A DNA stretch of 32,000 bases from Schaalia odontolytica (GTDB lineage: Bacteria; Actinomycetota; Actinomycetes; Actinomycetales; Actinomycetaceae). Below are positions 26,843 through 32,000 of the stretch, in pieces. Position 1 is the first letter of the stretch; the number at the start of each line of letters is the position of its first letter. A program made the translations under genes and the position numbers. The DNA is taken from positions 1,230,001 to 1,262,000 of the forward strand of contig NZ_CP040006.1 in assembly GCF_005696695.1 (NCBI RefSeq). The letters are read 5' to 3'. The notes below the pieces were generated by a model that worked only from the letters and a program-made list of their open reading frames with translations, made no database searches and was not told the origin of the DNA.

Positions 26843-29707
26843 CTACTGGGCAGCTGCGTCGCGCGCGGCCTCCTTCGCGAGAACCTCGGCGAGGTACTGG
26901 CCGGTAAAGGATTCCTCAACCTTCGCGACCTCTTCGGGCGTACCCTGCGCGACGACCGTGCCGCCTCCAGCGCCGCCTTCGGGACCCATGTCGATGATCC
27001 AGTCGGCGCTCTTGATGACATCCAGGTTGTGCTCGATGACGATGACCGTGTTGCCCTTGTCAGCGAGCGACTGGAGCACCAGGAGGAGCTTGCGGATGTC
27101 TTCGGAGTGCAGGCCGGTCGTGGGCTCGTCGAGCACGTACACCGTACGCCCGGTCGAGCGTCGCTGCAGCTCGGAGGCCAGCTTCACGCGCTGGGCCTCG
27201 CCGCCCGACAGGGTCGTCGCGCTCTGGCCGAGGCGCACATAGCCCAGGCCGACCTCGACGAGCGTGTTGAGGTGGCGGGCGATGCGCGAGATCGGTGCGA
27301 AGAACTGCGCGGCCTCGGCGATCGGCATGTCGAGGACATCCGCGACGGTCTTGCCCTTGTACTCGACCTCGAGGGTTTCGCGGTTGTAGCGGGCGCCGTG
27401 GCAAACCTCGCAGGGCACGTAGACGTCGGGCAGGAAGTTCATCTCGATCTTCAGGGTGCCGTCGCCCTTGCAGGACTCGCAGCGCCCGCCCTTGACGTTG
27501 AAGGAGAAGCGTCCCGGACCGTAACCGCGCACCTTCGCCTCCTGCGTCTCAGCGAAGAGCTTGCGGATCTGATCCCACACGCCGGTGTAGGTCGCCGGAT
27601 TCGAGCGCGGCGTCCGGCCAATCGGGCTCTGGTCCACGTGCACGACCTTGTCGAGCTGCTCGATGCCCGTAATCGTGCGGTGGCGGCCGGGCACCATGCG
27701 CGCGCCGTTAAGGCGCGAGGCCAGGGTGCGATACAGGATGCCGTTGACCAGCGTCGACTTGCCGGAACCGGACACGCCGGTGACGGCGGTGAGCACGCCG
27801 AGCGGGAAGGACACGTCGACGTTCTTTAGGTTGTTTTCGCGTGCGCCCTTCACCGTGACGACGCGCTTCTTGTCGATCGGGCGTCGGGTCGGAGGCAGGA
27901 CGATGCGGCGCTTGCCTGACAGGTACTGGCCGGTCAGCGACTTGCGGTTGTTCAGCAGCTCCGAGAGCGGGCCCGAGTGCACGACCCAGCCGCCGGTCTC
28001 ACCGGCACCGGGGCCGATGTCGACGATCCAGTCGGCGGCTTCCATCGTCTCCTCGTCGTGTTCGACGACGATGAGCGTGTTGCCAAGGTCGCGCAGGCGC
28101 TCGAGGGTGGCGATGAGCTTGCGGTTATCGCGCTGGTGCAGGCCGATCGAAGGCTCGTCGAGGACGTACAGGACGCCGACGAGGCCGGAGCCGATCTGCG
28201 TGGCCAGGCGGATACGCTGCGCCTCGCCGCCCGAAAGAGTGCCCGCTCCGCGCGACAGCGTCAGGTAGGTAAGTCCAACGTCGACGAGGAAGGCCAGGCG
28301 GGCCTCGATCTCCGTGAGGATAGGCGCGGCAATCGAGCGGGCACGCTGCTCGAGCTCGACGTCTGCGAGGAACGCGCGAGCGTCCGCGATTGACATGTCG
28401 GACAGTTCCGCGATCGACTTGTCGCCGATGCGCACGGCGAGAACCTCGGGCTTGAGGCGCGCGCCGTGGCACGTCGGGCACGGGATCTCGCGCATGTAGG
28501 AATCGAGCTTTTCGGACACTGCCGCGGACTCGGTTTCCTCGCGCTTGCGCTCGATGTACTTGACGGCGCCCTCGAAGCCCGTCGTATAGGAGCGCTCGCG
28601 ACCCCAGCGGTTACGGAACTTGACCGTGACCTCGTAGTCCTTGCCGTACAGGACCGCGTCCTTGACCTTCTTGGGCAGGGACTTCCACGGGGTGCCCATC
28701 GCGAAGCCCAGTTCCTTGGACAGGGATTCGAGGAGCTTCTTGTGGTACTTGAAGTTCGAGTTCCAGGGGATGACTGCGCCGTCGGCGAGGGAGAGTTCCT
28801 CGTCGGGCACGACCAGGTCGGGGTCGACCTCGAGGCGGAAGCCGAGGCCCGCGCAGTCGGGGCAGGCACCGTAGGGCGCGTTGAAGGAGAAGGTGCGCGG
28901 CTCGATCTCGTCGAGCATCAGCGGGTGGTCGTTGGGGCACGCGCGCTTCTCGGAGAAGCGGCGGCGACGCTCGGGATCGTCGGCGTCCAGGTCGACGCAG
29001 TCGATGACGACGAGTCCATCCGACAGGCGCAGGGCGGTCTCGACGGAGTCGGTGAGGCGCTGGCGCATGCCTTCGCGAACGACGAGACGGTCGACGACGA
29101 CCTCGATCGTGTGCTTGAGCTTCTTCTCGAGCTTGGGTGCGTTCTCGAGACGAACCAACTCATCATCGATGATCGCGCGCGTGTAGCCTTCGGAGCGCAG
29201 CTCGTCGATGAGGTCCTGGTACTCGCCCTTACGGCCGCGCACGACCGGGGAAAGCACCTGGAAGCGAGTTCCCTCGTCCATCGTGCGCACACGGTCGACG
29301 ATCTGCTGAGGCGTCTGTGCCTGAATGCGTGCCCCACACTCGGGGCAGTGCGCCACGCCCGCGCGGGCGTAGAGCAGACGCAGGTAGTCGTGAATTTCCG
29401 TGATCGTGCCGACGGTCGAGCGCGGATTACGCGAGGTCGACTTCTGGTCGATGGAGACGGCGGGCGACAGGCCTTCGATGAAGTCCACGTCGGGCTTGTC
29501 CATCTGTCCGAGGAACTGGCGCGCATACGAGGACAGTGACTCCACGTAGCGGCGTTGTCCCTCGGCGAAAATCGTGTCGAAGGCGAGGGAGGACTTACCG
29601 GATCCGGACAGGCCGGTGAAGACGATCATGGAGTCGCGGGGCAGCTCAAGGTTCACGTCCTTGAGGTTGTGTTCGCGAGCACCCTGGATGATTAGCTTGT
29701 CATGCAC
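26843..29707 (-). CDS. uvrA: Excinuclease ABC subunit A
   Basis: A 954-aa protein with two ABC modules ([15 protein letters not shown] and [15 protein letters not shown], plus two LSGGEAQR signatures). It has CxxC zinc modules ([23 protein letters not shown]). Confidence 0.96.
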   Translation of the reverse strand: MHDKLIIQGAREHNLKDVNLELPRDSMIVFTGLSGSGKSSLAFDTIFAEGQRRYVESLSSYARQFLGQMDKPDVDFIEGLSPAVSIDQKSTSRNPRSTVGTITEIHDYLRLLYARAGVAHCPECGARIQAQTPQQIVDRVRTMDEGTRFQVLSPVVRGRKGEYQDLIDELRSEGYTRAIIDDELVRLENAPKLEKKLKHTIEVVVDRLVVREGMRQRLTDSVETALRLSDGLVVIDCVDLDADDPERRRRFSEKRACPNDHPLMLDEIEPRTFSFNAPYGACPDCAGLGFRLEVDPDLVVPDEELSLADGAVIPWNSNFKYHKKLLESLSKELGFAMGTPWKSLPKKVKDAVLYGKDYEVTVKFRNRWGRERSYTTGFEGAVKYIERKREETESAAVSEKLDSYMREIPCPTCHGARLKPEVLAVRIGDKSIAELSDMSIADARAFLADVELEQRARSIAAPILTEIEARLAFLVDVGLTYLTLSRGAGTLSGGEAQRIRLATQIGSGLVGVLYVLDEPSIGLHQRDNRKLIATLERLRDLGNTLIVVEHDEETMEAADWIVDIGPGAGETGGWVVHSGPLSELLNNRKSLTGQYLSGKRRIVLPPTRRPIDKKRVVTVKGARENNLKNVDVSFPLGVLTAVTGVSGSGKSTLVNGILYRTLASRLNGARMVPGRHRTITGIEQLDKVVHVDQSPIGRTPRSNPATYTGVWDQIRKLFAETQEAKVRGYGPGRFSFNVKGGRCESCKGDGTLKIEMNFLPDVYVPCEVCHGARYNRETLEVEYKGKTVADVLDMPIAEAAQFFAPISRIARHLNTLVEVGLGYVRLGQSATTLSGGEAQRVKLASELQRRSTGRTVYVLDEPTTGLHSEDIRKLLLVLQSLADKGNTVIVIEHNLDVIKSADWIIDMGPEGGAGGGTVVAQGTPEEVAKVEESFTGQYLAEVLAKEAARDAAAQ

Positions 29708-29763
29708 CCCTCGATCCTAGCTGCCCTCTAGGCAAAAACGCGGATCAGGGCTAGTGTTGGGCT

Positions 29764-30045
29764 ATGGCATTCTACGCAGTTGAATACGTGTACAACCCCT
29801 CGATGACCGAGACCATGGACGAGGTTCGCCCAACGCACCGCGCGTTCCTGTCCGGCCTGCTCGAGCAGGGGATCAACATCGCGTCCGGCCCCCTCGTTGG
29901 CGAGATCCCCGGCGCCCTGATCCTCATCAACGCCGAGAGCCAGGCCGACGTCGAGCGCATCCTGAACGAGGATCCCTTCTACGTCGCCGAGGTCATCCAG
30001 GCGCGCCTCATCCGCGAGTGGAACCCCGTCATCCGGGCGTTCTGA
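29764..30045 (+). CDS. YciI-like protein
   Basis: A 93-aa ORF whose pattern fits the YciI family (VRPTHRAFL..., GPL...GALILINAES..., DPFY). No SD precedes the ATG. Confidence 0.75.
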   Translation: MAFYAVEYVYNPSMTETMDEVRPTHRAFLSGLLEQGINIASGPLVGEIPGALILINAESQADVERILNEDPFYVAEVIQARLIREWNPVIRAF

Positions 30046-30060
30046 TTCACGTAAACGTTC

Positions 30061-30096
30061 GAGGCCGGGGCCGGGTTCGCACCCGGCACCGGCCTC
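30061..30096. terminator. Bidirectional stem-loop between the convergent yciI-like and P-type ATPase genes
   Basis: A 16-bp stem (30061-30076 pairing with 30081-30096) has one mismatch. The loop is TCGC. Confidence 0.55.
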
Positions 30097-30114
30097 AACT
30101 CGTATCGAGCGCTC

Positions 30115-32000
30115 TCAGCCTTCGAGTGAGCGGGCGAACTGGCGCGCGTAGAAGATGCGCTGAGCAACCTCGACGAGGAGGGCCGCGCAGGCACCGACGC
30201 ACGCGATGACGAGCCACTCGTATCCGCTCGGCGCGACCATCGAGAAGAAGTGGCGCACGGGCGGAATGAGCACGCCGCCCACGGTCGCGGAGATGACGCT
30301 GACCAGGAGCACCCACTTCCAGGTCGAGAGCGGGCGCGACGTGATGACGAGAAGCCAGATGGCGCCCAGCATGAGGGAGAGGATCGCGGCCGTGGACTCG
30401 CGCGCCTGCGGGGGTCCGTCGACGATGCCGAAGGCGGTGAGGGCGGCCGACGCGAGGATGATGCCCGTGGGCATCGCGAGCGACAGCGTGCGCTTCAGGA
30501 ATCCGGGCACGTAGCGGCGCGGGTTCGGCCACAGGGCCAGGAAGAACGCGGGAATGCCGATGGTCAGCGAGTCGATGTAGCTGAACTGGCGGGGCAGGAA
30601 CGGGTAACGCCAGCCGACCAGGGCCGTCACGATGACGAGCACGGCGGCATACGTGGTCTTGGCCAGGAACAGCGAGGACACGCGTTCCATGTTGGCGATG
30701 ATGCGGCGCCCCTCCGAGAGAACACCCGGCAGCACCGAGAACTTCGAATCCACGAGGACAATCTGCGCGACCGCCTTCGTGGCCTGCGTACCGTTGCCCA
30801 TCGCGATACCCAGGTCGGCGTCCTTGAGCGCGAGGGCGTCGTTCACACCGTCGCCCGTCATGGCCACACAGTGATCGCGTGCCTGGAGCGCGCCGACCAT
30901 CGCGCGCTTCTGCTCGGGAGTCACGCGACCGAACACGTCGTGGTTCTCGATCGCGTCAATGAATGCCTCAGAGGTCAGGTCTTCGGGCAGGTCACGCGCG
31001 TCCATGAGGCGCGCGGGCGTGCCGTCGGGCGCGGTCAGGCCTGCCTGCGCGGCCAGCGCGCCGACCGTCGTCGGGTTGTCACCCGAAATAACGCGGACGT
31101 GCACGTCCTGCGAGCGGAAGTAGTCGAGCGTCTCTGCAGCGTCGGGGCGCAGGTCCTCCTCGAGGACCACGAGGGCGGCAACCGAACGGCGTGCAGGAAG
31201 CTCGTCATCGACCACAGCCTCGTCGGCGTGGACAAGGGCGACCACGCGGGAGCCCTCCTGGGCGATGCCGCGCACCTTCGCGAGGAGCTTGGCGTTGGCG
31301 GCCGAGGCCTCGTCGATGACGAACTCAGGGGCGCCGAGGATCCAGGATTCGCTCCCGCTCCCCCACGCGCTCCACTTGCGGGCCGAGGAGAAGGGGACGG
31401 ACCACTCGATCCGCTCGGACGCGCCGGAACACTCAGATTCGCCCAGGTGCTCCCAGATGGCCTCCGCCGTCGCGTTGGTGCGGTCGCTCGCTGCGCTTGC
31501 CAGCGCCCGGAGGACCACGGCCTCGTCACCGGAAACGACCTCAACGCCACGCACTCGAATACCGCCGGTCGTCAGCGTGCCCGTCTTGTCGAGGCACAGG
31601 CAGTCCACGCGCGCAAGGACCTCCACGGCAGGAAGTTCCTGGACGAGCACGCCCCGGCGTGCCAGCGTCGCCGAGCCGATCGCGAAGTTCATGGACGTCA
31701 GGAGCACCAGGCCCTGCGGGATCATGCCGATCACCGAGGCGACCGAGAGCACGAGGGCCTCGCGCCAGTCTCCCCCGTGTCCGCCGGCGATGCGATTTTG
31801 CGAGTAGAAGGTCAGGACGACGATCGGAAGCAGCATGACGGAGACAACCTGCAGCACCCGGTTAATCGACGTCTGGATCTCCGAGACCGTACGCGTGAAG
31901 GCGCGCGCCTGTTCGGACAGGCCCTGCGCGTAAACGCGCTCACCCACAGCCGTGGCCACCATGCGGCCAGCACCCGCGACGACGCTCGTGCCGGCCAACA
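30115..32000 (-). CDS. Cation-translocating P-type ATPase, N-terminally truncated by the window edge
   Basis: It has the phosphorylation motif CLDKTGTLT and the hinge MTGDGVNDALALK. The TM4 motif is IPQGL, 43 residues before the phospho-Asp. There are several C-terminal TM helices. The first codon in the track is an internal Leu rather than a start. Confidence 0.9.
   Translation of the reverse strand, partial: LAGTSVVAGAGRMVATAVGERVYAQGLSEQARAFTRTVSEIQTSINRVLQVVSVMLLPIVVLTFYSQNRIAGGHGGDWREALVLSVASVIGMIPQGLVLLTSMNFAIGSATLARRGVLVQELPAVEVLARVDCLCLDKTGTLTTGGIRVRGVEVVSGDEAVVLRALASAASDRTNATAEAIWEHLGESECSGASERIEWSVPFSSARKWSAWGSGSESWILGAPEFVIDEASAANAKLLAKVRGIAQEGSRVVALVHADEAVVDDELPARRSVAALVVLEEDLRPDAAETLDYFRSQDVHVRVISGDNPTTVGALAAQAGLTAPDGTPARLMDARDLPEDLTSEAFIDAIENHDVFGRVTPEQKRAMVGALQARDHCVAMTGDGVNDALALKDADLGIAMGNGTQATKAVAQIVLVDSKFSVLPGVLSEGRRIIANMERVSSLFLAKTTYAAVLVIVTALVGWRYPFLPRQFSYIDSLTIGIPAFFLALWPNPRRYVPGFLKRTLSLAMPTGIILASAALTAFGIVDGPPQARESTAAILSLMLGAIWLLVITSRPLSTWKWVLLVSVISATVGGVLIPPVRHFFSMVAPSGYEWLVIACVGACAALLVEVAQRIFYARQFARSLEG

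Overview
High-GC (roughly 60-67% by eye) actinobacterial chromosomal core. An Actinomycetaceae-type origin is only a guess from protein signatures. I assign every stretch longer than about 200 nt to a recognisable housekeeping gene. On the minus strand lie a partial Rossmann-fold gene, rluB, scpB, scpA, a parA-like gene and xerD. The plus strand then carries a pentose-phosphate block, tkt | zwf-opcA-pgl. The minus strand continues with a DUF218 membrane protein, secG, tpiA, pgk, gap, whiA, yvcK, rapZ, purT and uvrC. The plus strand then has glnA and two tandem FadD15-like acyl-CoA ligases. The window ends with a small membrane protein and uvrA (minus), a YciI-like gene (plus) and a truncated P-type ATPase (minus). 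This is essentially the classical Mycobacterium-type uvrC-rapZ-yvcK-whiA ... gap-pgk-tpi-secG ... pgl-opcA-zwf-tal-tkt neighbourhood with local edits: purT inserted, tal absent, and a DUF218 gene between secG and pgl. I found no tRNA or rRNA genes, CRISPR arrays, IS or phage genes, or defence-like gene cassettes. I see no convincing novel multi-gene system here, and the window looks ordinary. The many long extra ORFs in the track are antisense or shadow frames typical of high-GC DNA. I moved several starts inward on the basis of family N-termini, SD sequences and stop/start overlaps. The findings are modest leads: regulatory repeats and palindromes, synteny edits, a natural PEGL-to-PQGL change in the ATPase, and paralogue divergence. 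All identifications rest on remembered family motifs, because no searches could be run.
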